The notes beneath the pieces are model-generated. The model had not been told where the DNA came from and searched no databases. It saw only the letters and a list, made by a program, of their open reading frames with translations. DNA of 60,000 nucleotides from Mobula hypostoma (lineage: Eukaryota): positions 29,018,001 to 29,078,000 of the forward strand of contig NC_086109.1 in assembly GCF_963921235.1 (NCBI RefSeq). The letters run 5' to 3'. Both the position numbers and the translations under genes were made by a program. This document shows positions 50,048-60,000 of the stretch, piece after piece (the stretch's first letter is position 1; each line of letters starts with the position of its first letter).

Positions 50048-50650
50048 AACACAAGGAAATCTGCAGACCTGGAATTTCAAGCAACACACATAAAAGTTGC
50101 TGGTGAACGCAGCAGGCCAGGCAGCATCTATAGGAAGAGGTACAGTCGACGTTTCAGGCTGAGACCCTTCGTCAGGACTAACTGAAAGAAGAGCTAGTAA
50201 GAGATTTGAAAGTGGGAGGGGGAGGGGGAGATCCGAAATGATAGGAGAAGACAGGAGGGGGAGGGATGGAGCCAAGAGCTGGACAGGTGATTGGCAAAAG
50301 GGATGTTTAGAGGATCATGGGATGGGAGGCCTAGGGAGAAAGAAAGGGGGAAGGGGGAAGCCCAGAGGATGAGCAAGGAGTATAGTGAGAGGGATAGAGG
50401 AAGAAAAAGGAGAGAGAGAAAGAATATAAATATATAGAAATAAATAAATAACGGATGGGGTACGAGAGGGAGATGAGGCATTAACAGAAGTTAGAGAAGT
50501 CAGTGTTCATGCCATCAGGTTGGAGGCTACCCAGATGGAATATCAGGTGTTGTTCTTCCAACCTGAGTGTGGGTTTATCTTGACAGTAGAGGAAGCCATG
50601 GATAGACATATAAGAATGGGAATGGGACGTGGAATTAAAATGTGTGGCCC
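50048..50650 (-). mobile_element. Well-preserved Penelope-like element 3' part: GIY-YIG C-terminus, pyrimidine-rich spacer and terminus
   Basis: ATHFNSTSHSHSYMSIHGFLYCQDKPTLRLEEQHLIFHLGSLQPDGMNTDFSNF* (50481-50650). Confidence 0.88.
50143..50180 (-). ncRNA. Minimal type I hammerhead ribozyme motif (predicted)
   Basis: uAGUC-CUGACGA-AGGgucucagCCU-GAAA-CG-UC/GACUg: complete core, stem I AGUC/GACU, short stem II, palindromic ACGU in place of stem III. Confidence 0.7.
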
Positions 50651-51988
50651 TTGGGACTCTCAAATCATGATGCTTCTTCCACCATACTGCACAGCTGGGA
50701 TGAGGTTTGGTGTTGGTGTGCAGTGCCCTTTTTTCTCCAAACATAGCAATTGCACTTTTGCCAAAAATTTCAACTTTTCTCTCATCTGTCCTCAGAACCT
50801 TGTCCCAGAAGCATTGTAGAACATCTAGGTGGTGTTTTGCAAACTTGAGAAGTGCAGCAATATTTTATGGACAGCAATGGTTTCCTCCGTGAACACCATT
50901 CTTGATCAATTTTTTTTATATATATAGTGGACTTGTGAACAGAGACTTTAGCAAGATCCAGAGATTTCTGCAGGTCTTTTGCTATTATCCTTGGGTTCTT
51001 TTTCACCTTTGTCAGCATTGCACATTGTGCTCTTAGTATGATCTCTGCAGGATGCCCCCTCCCAGGGAGAGCAGCAACAGCATTGAGTTTCCTTCATTTG
51101 TAGACAATTTCTCTTACTGTGGACTGACGAACACTCAGCTCCTTAGAAATGTTTTTGTAGCATTTTCCACCTTCATGCATCTCTACAATTCTTCTTCTAA
51201 GGTCCTCTGAAAGTTGATTTGATCAAGTCATGGTGCACATAAACAGATCTTTCTTGAGAAGAGCAGGCTTTGTCAGTAACCTGACTTTGTGTGTGTTTTT
51301 TATAGGGCAGAGCACCTCTACAACCCACACCTCCACAACCCACATCTCCAATCTCATCTTACTGTTTGGAACACCTGACTCCAAATAGCTTTTGTAGAAG
51401 GCATTATCCCAGAGCTTCACATACTTTATCCAACAAATACATGTATTATTGGATCATTTTTCTCAATAAATAAATGAACAAGTATAATGTTTTGCATTAT
51501 TTATTTAGCTGGGTTCTCTTTATCTAGTGTTAGGACTTATGTGAAGATATGATCACATTTTCAGTCAACTTATGCAGAAATAGAGAAATTTCTATAGGGT
51601 CCATGGACTTTTTAGTACCACTGTACATCAGCACCATACCACCTAGCTACAAATAGCTTGGTGCAAAGATTTGTCCAGAGCCTGAAGTACACATTGTGAG
51701 CTATGTCAGCAGAACATGCTACACTGACACTGAATCAGAAACTTGCCAATTTTCTCCTTGCATATCGCACACTTCACAACCAACAACCCACCAATTACGC
51801 AGTTCCACAGTCATCCCTTGTGCTTACGCTTTGAACTCCTCAATCCCAATATCAGAAGGAGTATGCAGGGCAATCAGCTGAGACAAATTGAGGGCTTCTC
51901 AAACAAGACAGTTTAATGTTTCACTCCTGGACAAGTAGTCTTGGTGACGGACTACAGAGAATATCAAAAGAGGGTGATCGAAATGACC

Positions 51989-52038
51989 CTCGAAGGGCCG
52001 AATGGCCTACTCCTGCACCTATTTTCTATGTTTCTATG
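51989..52038 (+). mobile_element. 50-bp CR1 3'-tip insertion in the Gypsy remnant
   Basis: Identical to 27584-27633. Confidence 0.9.
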
Positions 52039-52835
52039 AAAGATTATGGACAGAAATGCCCACTCTACCACACAGTGGAGATTGTGCCTGATGTCATCTG
52101 GAGACAATACATTAATCAATTGAGAGCAGAGTCACTTGTTAGAGAAGATGTCCAGAGCTGTCAGAGCCTCTTCCTGCAGTCCCAGAGTCAACTCCTACAA
52201 CCACCGTGGAAGAGACTCCAGAACCTGAGATTGTTTCAGAGCTACAAGTCTCACCTGACTAGCAAAGTGATCACCCTTGTTAGGAAAGACATTATCCCAC
52301 AAGAGTAAGGAATCCTCCACAGCGATTAAATCTTAAGGCCTACATGAGACAATTTAAAATTTGCTATGTAATATATGTCCAAATAGTGGTTGTATTATAC
52401 AGTATACTGCATATATAATTTGAGATGCATTCCATATTGAGTTGGAGTTTATAGCTAAGCAGGGATGAGTGTTGTGTATTAATTATTTCAGTTTTTTTTG
52501 GAGTTACAAAACATAACATGGAGGAATGCAAGTGGAATATGGAATGGATAAGAAAAAGTTTGAAGATCTATCCTGTTTAGATGGTTTCCTTTGACTTGCC
52601 CCTTTCTCCTTTCTTCCATATATGTAACACATAAGCATGTGTTGTCTTAAACAAGTGCTGTCATTTCTCCATTTTATGCCACTTCACTAAAGTCATGATG
52701 ACAGACAAAACAAACCTCCTCCACCTCACCAACAATATTTTCCCTAAATATTTTCTTTCTTAGATGTGTTCTTGTAAAATTAACTGAGGCTGATTCTCAG
52801 ACAAATCTTCCCATTCACTTATAATCTAATAACCC

Positions 52836-53390
52836 TGGTGCATAGCAGTTAGTGCAATGCTTTTATAGATCGAAGCGTTCAGGAGTTTGGAGTTCAGTTC
52901 CGGTGCTGTCCTGTGAGGAGACTCTGTACATCTTCCCCATGGAATGCTTGGGTTTTCATTGAGTCCCCCAGTTTCCTCCCTCAGTCCAAAGATGTATTGG
53001 TTAGTCTGTTAATTGGTCAGCGTTAATTGTCTCGTGATTAGGTTAAGGTTAGAAACATAGAAACGTAGATAAGCTACAGCACAATACAGGCCCTTCGGCC
53101 CTGAATGCTGTGCCTAACTTGTGCTTACTTTAGAAATTACCTAGGGGTACCCATAGCCCTCTATTTTTCTAAGCTCCATGTACCTATCCAACAGTCTTTT
53201 AAAAAACCCTATCGTATCCGCCTCGACCACTGTCACCGGCAGCCCATTCCATGCAGTCGCCACTCTCTACATAAAAAACTTACCCCTGGCATCTCCTGTT
53301 AAGATTAATTGAGTTTGTCGGGGGCTGCTGGGGCAGCATGGTCAAAGGATCAGCAGAGTTTACTGTCATGTGTCACTAAATAAATGAGTA
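52836..53390 (+). mobile_element. V-SINE interrupted by a minus-strand CR1 3' end (about 53050-53300)
   Basis: cagtttcctccctcagtccaaagat; insert starts tagaaacatagaaac...acagcacaatacaggcccttcggcc. Confidence 0.75.
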
Positions 53391-53840
53391 AAGGAATCAT
53401 TGCAGACAAAGAGTAATTGTTTAGAACTAGCAAATGTTTTAAAACATTCTAACAGAAGATTATCTATGATCTCTTTAAACTTCAGTATACTTAACTCTAT
53501 GGAACAAAAGTACCTGCCTCATGATTTTGTTTAGCAGGTACACAAAACCAAAACATGGCTTTGTGCTTTAACTAAATATGAATATCTCACTGCTTTCCTG
53601 TTGGTTATCTTTTGGCTCCGTTCAAACTGTGTGATATTCAGCAATAGATATTGGAGGGATTTATTTTGAGAATTATAACAGTGGAACCATACCAAAGATG
53701 CACTAATAAGCCATATAGTTTTTAGTCAGCATGAGAGATCATCATGTTCTCCTAATATAACAGACTCTTAGAGTTCCTTTTCTTGATAAGGTTCTGTTTT
53801 ACATAAGAACAAACAAACTAAAAAAAACTGATATATGAGC

Positions 53841-54193
53841 ATCCCTCTTCCCTCCAGGAGAAGGTTCAGGAGCTTGAAGACTTGTACGACCAGATTTGGG
53901 AACAGCTTCTTTCCAACTCTGATAAGACTGCTGAACAGATCCTGACCCGGATCTGGGCCATACCCTCCAAATATCTGAACCTGCCTCTCAGTTTTTTTGC
54001 ACTACCTTACTTCCCATTTTTCTATTTTCTATTTATGATTTATAATCTAAATTTTTAATATTTATTCATTTTAACTATTTTTAATATTGAATATTTGTAA
54101 TCCAGGGAGTGTGAAGCGCAGAATCAAATATTGCTGTGATGATTGTACGTTCTAGTACCAATTGTTTGGCGACAATAAAATATAAAGTATAAA
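53841..54193 (+). mobile_element. Rex1-type 3' fragment with (aaagtat)n-like tail
   Basis: cctcttccctccaggagaagg...aacagcttctttcc...gacaataaaatataaagtataaa. Confidence 0.7.
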
Positions 54194-54297
54194 ATAATAT
54201 ATGGAAACACAAATTGTGAATTGAAGTACAACATATAAACTATAACACGTCAGATTGTCCTTATGTGAAGGTACAGGATATGTACTTTATTTTAATA

Positions 54298-54860
54298 CAG
54301 TATTGTACAAAAGTCCTTGGCACATATACAGTATATAGCTCAAGTGCCTAAGACTTTTGTACAGTACCGTATTTGTCAATGTGGAGCAAGGAGCAAGTTT
54401 GTAAATCTGGCGGGAGTAAAGGACGTTGTGAAAGGCGAGGGCGGAGTGCTGTAGGAGGGGTGTGGGAACAGATGGCAGAGAAGGAGTGCCAGGGCAGGAG
54501 GTGGGGGGTGGCCCGGATGCAGACACACCCAGCCCTGAGACACCAGGCAAGGTCATGTGATTCCAAACAATTGGTTTATTGATCATTACAGAATGTCTTG
54601 CTGATGCTTTCCACTCCCTCCTCTCTCTCTTCCCCTTTTCCCAAGCCATGATTCCTCTCTCCCTTCCCCGCTCCCACTCTCAGTCTACGATAGAGACCCA
54701 TATCAGAATCAGGTTTATCATCACTCACATATGTCATGAAATTTGTGGTTTTGATTGTGGCAGCGGTACTGCGCAATACATAAAATTACTACAGTACCGT
54801 GCATAGGTCTTAGGCATTCCAGCTACATATATGTGTGCCTAAGATTTTTACACAGTACTG
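54298..54860. mobile_element. Composite unit bounded by two mini-MITE palindromes (54298-54369 and 54792-54860)
   Basis: Each end reads TA|cagta..gt.ca.a.gtc.t.ggca...tgcctaaga.tttt..acagtac.g|TA; same family as 25798-25935. Confidence 0.75.
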
Positions 54861-55414
54861 TATATGTATATAGACTGATGCAATGTGAATACTAATCGTG
54901 TGTAAAACAAAATTATGTACAAAGAAGTAAATATGTAAGAAGTCCTCTGAAGTAAGAGTAAGAAATATCGAATCTTTTATAGTACAAGCACAATGTAGGA
55001 CACATCTCTTGAAGCAACTTGACACAATCAGCTCCTGATCCTAATACTAAAGAGCTGCATTTTTAAAAATAGATGTCTCTGGAATAGTTTCTGGGGCAGC
55101 TTTCACCACTGACCCTGTTCTACCGAATGAATATGCTTTGCTTAAGGCTATTGCTAGTAGCAGCATTTTTTAGAATTAGAAGCGTTTGTCACAGGAAGGC
55201 ATAGTGTTAGAGTGGCTCACAACTCTATCAAACCAAGTGCAATCTGATTTTCAATGCTGAATGCATGTGAGTTTGTACATAATGACGATGTAGGCTTTTC
55301 ATCAGTTCTCTTATTTCCACCCATATCCTAAAGATGTGCAGCTTGGTTAATTGGTCAGTGTAAAGTGCTCTAGTATGAAAATTAATCTTTTTTTCTCTCT
55401 GTGAATGTAGTCTT

Positions 55415-55570
55415 CCTTTCTCCCCAGGGAAAGAGAACTTAAAACCTAGAAGGTTTAAGGTGAGAGGGGAAAGATTTGAAAGGGACCTGAGGGGCAAATT
55501 AATCACACAGAGAGTTGTGCATAGGTGGAGCAAGCTGTCAGAAAAAAAATAATTGTTAAGGCAGGTAGTT
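55415..55570 (+). mobile_element. CR1 3' fragment
   Basis: ggtttaaggtgagaggggaaagattt...gggacctgaggggcaa...cacacagagagttgtg. Confidence 0.65.
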
Positions 55571-55591
55571 GAGAAAAAAATTAAAAGAGTG

Positions 55592-55830
55592 TGGCACAGT
55601 GGTGTAGCGGTTAGCACAACACTTTACAACATTAATTCCTGCTTCCGTCTGTAAGGAGTTTTTATGTTCTCCCCATAACTATGTGTGTTTCCTCCAGGTG
55701 CTCTGGTTTCCTTCCACATTCCAATGACGTACGGGTGAGGGTTAGTATGTTGTGGGCATGCTATGTTGGTGCCTGATGCGTGGCAACACTTGCAGGCTGC
55801 CCATCATAATTTTCACTGATCTGATTTTGC
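55592..55830 (+). mobile_element. V-SINE
   Basis: tggcacagtggtgtagcggttagcac...ggtgctctggtttccttccacattcca. Confidence 0.8.
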
Positions 55831-55894
55831 TAGCCTTACCCAGTTCTTGTGAATGGTATTACCTGGGAGGTCTTGATTTGAATGTGTCCTCAGG

Positions 55895-56260
55895 AGGCTA
55901 AAGAAATCTGACATGACTCCTTTGCTTCTCACCAATTTTTACTGATGGGCCATAGAAAGCATCCTATGCAGATGCATTATGGCTTGGTATGGCAACTTCT
56001 CTGCCTGTGACCACAAGAAACTGCAGCGAGTTATGGACACAGCTTAGCATTTCATGGAAACCATCCTCATCTCCATGGACTCTCTCTATATTGATGCAGC
56101 AGCCAGCGTTATCAAAAATCCGACCCACCACAGATATTCTCTTTTCTCCTCCCTCCAACCAAGCAGCAGATAAAAAAAATCCTGTAAGCACATACCACCA
56201 GCTCAAGGTCAGCTCCCCCCGCTGCTGTTATTAGAATATTGAATTGTTTTCCAGAGCAAT
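55895..56260 (+). mobile_element. Old Rex1/Babar 3' fragment
   Basis: Similar to 14035-14155 (ggctaaagaaat...accaattttt...atagaaagcatcct...gcttggtatggcaacttctctg). Confidence 0.7.
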
Positions 56261-56329
56261 AAGAACTCCTCTTAGCCTCACAATCAGTGCAGATGCTGAA
56301 CATATGCTCTGCACTTTCTCTGTACTGCA

Positions 56330-56882
56330 AAGTTCAATGTTCAAAGTACATTTATTATCAAAGTATGTAAATGTCACTATATACTACCCTGAGATTCATT
56401 TTCTTGTCAGTGTTCACGATAGAACCACAAATACAATAGGATTAGTGGAAAACTACACACAAAGATTGACAAACAACCAAGGTGCAAAAGAAGACAAACT
56501 GTGCAAATACAAAAATAATAAAAATAACAAATAATAATAGCAAATAGATAAATAAACAAATAAACAAATAAAACTGAGGGCATAAGTTGTAGAGTCCTTC
56601 AAAGTAAGTCAATAGTTTGTGTTGAGTGATCAGTTCAGTGTTGGGATGAGTGAAGTTACCACGCTGGTTCAGGAGCCTGGTGGTTGAAGGCTAATAACTG
56701 TTCCCGAACTTGCTGACATGGGACATAAGGCTCCTGTATCCCTTTCCAGATTGCAGCAGCGAGAGCATGGCCGGGGTGGTGGGTGTCCTTGTTGCTTTAT
56801 TCTGGCCGCACTCCTTGTAGATCTGCTCAATGGTGGAGAGGGATTTTCTTGTAATGGACTCGGTAGGCTGTATCCACCACTT
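56330..56882 (-). mobile_element. Rex1/Babar 3' fragment
   Basis: Minus strand gtggtggatacagcc...ccaccattgagcagatctacaaggag...aataaatgtactttgaacattgaactt. Confidence 0.75.
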
Positions 56883-57769
56883 CTTGCAAGCAACACTTTA
56901 TTTTGCATTCTGTTATTCTTTACCTTCTACCAGCTCAATGTTCTGTTGTAATGATTTGATTTGTATGACTAGTATGTAAGACAAGTTTTTCACAGTACCC
57001 CGGTTTATGTGACAATAATAAAACAATTTACCAGAAGTCAACAGGGGAAAAATGGTGGGAGAACAGGACTGGCCTAAGATAAATTTGATGGGTTGAAATT
57101 GACCCCTCTGTTGTGAGGAAATGTTCACATTACAAACATATTATATTTGTCTGATGCCAAAGGAAATGATTTATGGTCTGCACAATTCATAGTACATCTG
57201 TGAACACGTTCCAAGAAGTGCATGGATTTAAAACACAGAAGCAGATAATTTGCCCAAAATGTGCATCTAATTCCATCAATATTTCTCTCAGATGGAGGCC
57301 ATTGGGTCTATGCCAGTTCTCAGCAGAACAATCCCATCTGTCTCAGTACCTTACTCCATATTTTACTGTGAATCTACATCTTACTCCCTGTTGCATTCAC
57401 ATTAACCACCATCCGATTCTTTTGCCACACATCAGCATCAAGGAGTAATTCACAGAGGTTGGTATACCTACTAGCTCATTATTGAGATGTGGCAAAATTG
57501 GAGCACCCAGCAGAATTCCACATGGACACAGGGAGAATATGTGAACCCAACACACAGAATAGTTCAGGTCTGAACCTGGGAAACTTGGTTCAGTGAGACA
57601 ATGCTATTCACCTCAATTATCTTCTGCACTGCTGAATTCCACTTTCGCACCACTATCTTGGTAAAGTTCCCTCCACTTCCGATTTCTTGATCATGTTCTT
57701 ACATAGATGTCAAAGAACACAATTCAGTCGTGTTTTCTAAAATGATTCCGATCCATTCAAGTTTATCCC

Positions 57770-57935
57770 GTATCAATCAAAGCATACGGCGAAATGCATC
57801 ATTTGTGATAACTGACAACACAACATAAAGATGTGCCGGGGCAGCCCGCAAGTATTGTTGCCACACACTCCAGTCCCAACAACGTGGTTGCATGTCTCCA
57901 ATGTTCAGCAGACAAAACAAGCAACAGCAACAGAA
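57770..57935 (-). mobile_element. Retroposon 3' fragment
   Basis: Similar in reverse to the tail of the SINE at 42740-42835 (cgggctgccccggcacatc...gcatttcgccgtatgctttga). Confidence 0.45.
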
Positions 57936-58129
57936 GCCCTTTTCCTCTCTGCTTGTCCAGACAATCAAAGCTTTTCATAATTTCAAAGCCCTCAATTAAG
58001 TTAAGCCTACTCTTTTCAATTGATCTCGCCTGTTCATCCTTTCCTGGCAGACATAATGCTATATTTCAAGAAACTTCCTTATATATACTGTTAATTTCCT
58101 TTCTCTAGTGCCAAGATTTCTTTCCAATG

Positions 58130-58470
58130 ATATAATGAATGGGGATATACACACTGTTGTCTCTGCCTAGTCAATACAAGTTTTTGTATAACTGCTCTGC
58201 CCCTCCAGAAATAAACTATAATGGTTGGTTTGTGTTTCTAATGGCCTTATTAACCCAGTGGCATAGCTATTGATTTGCTTATTTAGACTTCAAGACTCCA
58301 TTCGTACTTATCCTCCAAGTAGAGTGTGACCTTCTTATTGTTCTTATCAAAATATAAAACCTCATACTTAGCTCCATTGATTTTTGTTTCCCACTTCAAT
58401 GCCTGTTCTGGAAGTGTATTAATGTCTTCTAAATGATTGTGTTCTTTCTTGGCATTGTCACCCCACCCCC
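58130..58470 (-). mobile_element. Highly decayed CR1 RT fragment
   Basis: W.TKINGAKYEVLYFDKNNKKVTLY aligns to W.MQFNVDKCEVIHFG.KN. Confidence 0.5.
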
Positions 58471-59424
58471 ACTCCATTCACCCACATAATTAGCCCCACC
58501 TCCACACTGGAATAATTTGTATTTAGAAATTACAATTTTGATCGGTGTTTGTATTAATTGCGTTCCATAATGACCCCTACACTAATTCATGTGAGTCTTC
58601 CTGTTTTCCACCATCTCTTACTATGAATAAACGCCTTTCCCTAAACATGCTGCATTCTGCTTTTTCAGTCTTTTACTGCTCCCTTGCCTTTGCATTTTCT
58701 GACCTCATTTGGTAGCACATAATTAACATCTTCTTGTTTGGATAAATTATATCGACAAACTGAGCTTTACCTACCCTCTCCGATGTCTCTTTAAAGAGTT
58801 CAATGGAAATCGAACAATCAAAGACTACCCACTTAAATTATTGGTGGCTATCCATTATTATATTTTTGGTTTCTAAAAATCTTTACAGTATTTTCTCCTT
58901 CAGTAGCGATACCACAACATTTCCTATTTTCTGTATTAGGTTAATTTGTATATGCTTCCATGGGTGGAATATGCATCTGTTCTTGTATAATAGGTTTTGT
59001 TTATCATCCAGTTCTTCAGCTTCACAATGTTTTATAATAGACTCCAGAAAAACTCCAATATTTCAACACCCTCAGAACTTTGTGCAGAACTGGCAGATTT
59101 TCTAAGTTATAAGATATCAGTTACATTAACCTGAAAGAAGGATGATAAAGAGAGACGGAGAGTGCACACTCACACCTCCCTCTTGCACCCCTACTACAGA
59201 CACCCAAATACACACAAATAACAAATTTATATCAGTGTTGTCTGGTCTTCCAATTAACTGTGGTATCTTCCAATCAACTTGGTTCATGGTTCTTAGCCAT
59301 TGGTCAGTGCAGCATTTTAGATTTAATCCACAGTCAAATTTGCACCTGAAGACTGGTAGCAGAAGCCAGTTGCTGAAGATATTTGCTATATTTGCTGACT
59401 CCAAAGAACGCTCAAACAATAATA

Positions 59425-59965
59425 ATCTTTTTGCTTACGACAACCTTCTACACAATCCACAACACCACCAGCCTTCGTGTCATCTGCAAATTTACTGACA
59501 TGCCCTTCCACTTCCTCATCCACTTTATTTTATGAAAACCACAGAGTAGGAGTCTCAGAACAAGTCTCTGTGGAAAACCACTTGTCACCGACATCCAGGC
59601 AGGATGCATTCCATCTACCACCACCCTCTGCCTTCTGTAGGCAAGTCAGCTCTGAATACACGCTGCTAGGTTTCCCTGGATCCCACGCCTCCTGACTTTC
59701 TGAATGAGCCGACCATAAGGAACTTTGTTGAATGCCTTACTAAAATCCATATACAACACAACCACAGCTCTACCTTCATTGGCCTGTATGGTCACATTTT
59801 TGAAGAATTTAATTAGGCTCATGGGACATGTCTGGCCCTTCACAAAGCCATGCTGACTATCCCTAATCAGATTATGCTTCTCTAAATGCTTGTAAATCCT
59901 ATCTCTAAAAATCCTTTCTTATGGTTTGCTCACCATTGACATAATTCCCAGGGTTATCTCTATTA
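59425..59965 (-). mobile_element. CR1 RT fragment
   Basis: QHGFVKGQTC.MSLIKFF, AVVVLYMDFSKAFNKVPYGRLIQKV, KFADDTK. Confidence 0.85.
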
Positions 59966-60000
59966 CCTTATCTTCTGTTATTACTCCTGTAGCCAGAGAG

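Larger units (their letters stand above)
49590..51623 (-). mobile_element. Decayed Tc1-like transposon (one TIR retained), interrupted by Penelope
   Basis: MNSKLYQDILQEN, MQQDNAPKDKSKST, VLECPSQSPVLN.FEMLW, VKKNPRIIAKDLQKSL; terminus ...tagtaccactg|TA at 51623. Confidence 0.9.
49005..52518 (+). mobile_element. Gypsy LTR retrotransposon 3' half: RNase H, integrase, PPT and internally deleted 3' LTR (52470-52518); interrupted by Tc1
   Basis: GVGAVMSH..SDG.E.P.AFAS..L...EKN, YLYGRKFALITDHQPLVSIF; integrase SAPYHLATN.LVQRFVQSLK; purine tract agcagggatgag then TGttgtg...acataaCA. Confidence 0.85.

Overview
Eukaryotic (vertebrate) genomic DNA. The repeat mix (CR1 LINEs with an SGNH-esterase ORF1, HE1/V-type SINEs, Deu-type SINE, abundant Penelope termini, Rex1/Babar, L2, RTE, Tc1) points to a cartilaginous fish, probably a ray or skate; this is inference. 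I found no host protein-coding gene, RNA gene or CRISPR array that I can support. The window looks like an intron or intergenic region dominated by nested, mostly decayed transposable elements. The long ORFs I can recognise come from transposable elements; only a young 5'-truncated CR1 (26526-27645) has an uninterrupted RT frame. Most interesting observations: (1) a complete minimal, dimer-type hammerhead-ribozyme motif in a Penelope terminus (50143-50180, minus strand), with many decayed copies and fold-back insertions that tend to pivot on the motif; (2) two halves of one Gypsy family in opposite orientations, suggesting a roughly 10.7 kb inversion; (3) a Charlie/Buster hAT resembling primate MER1/Charlie3; (4) an HDV-like pseudoknot candidate at the 5' end of an RTE/Vingi-type element; (5) two SINEs sharing a core but with different tails; (6) a composite unit bounded by two mini-MITEs; (7) an isolated pre-miRNA-sized hairpin. 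Family calls come from motif recognition, not database searches. Boundaries without a TSD or TIR are approximate.
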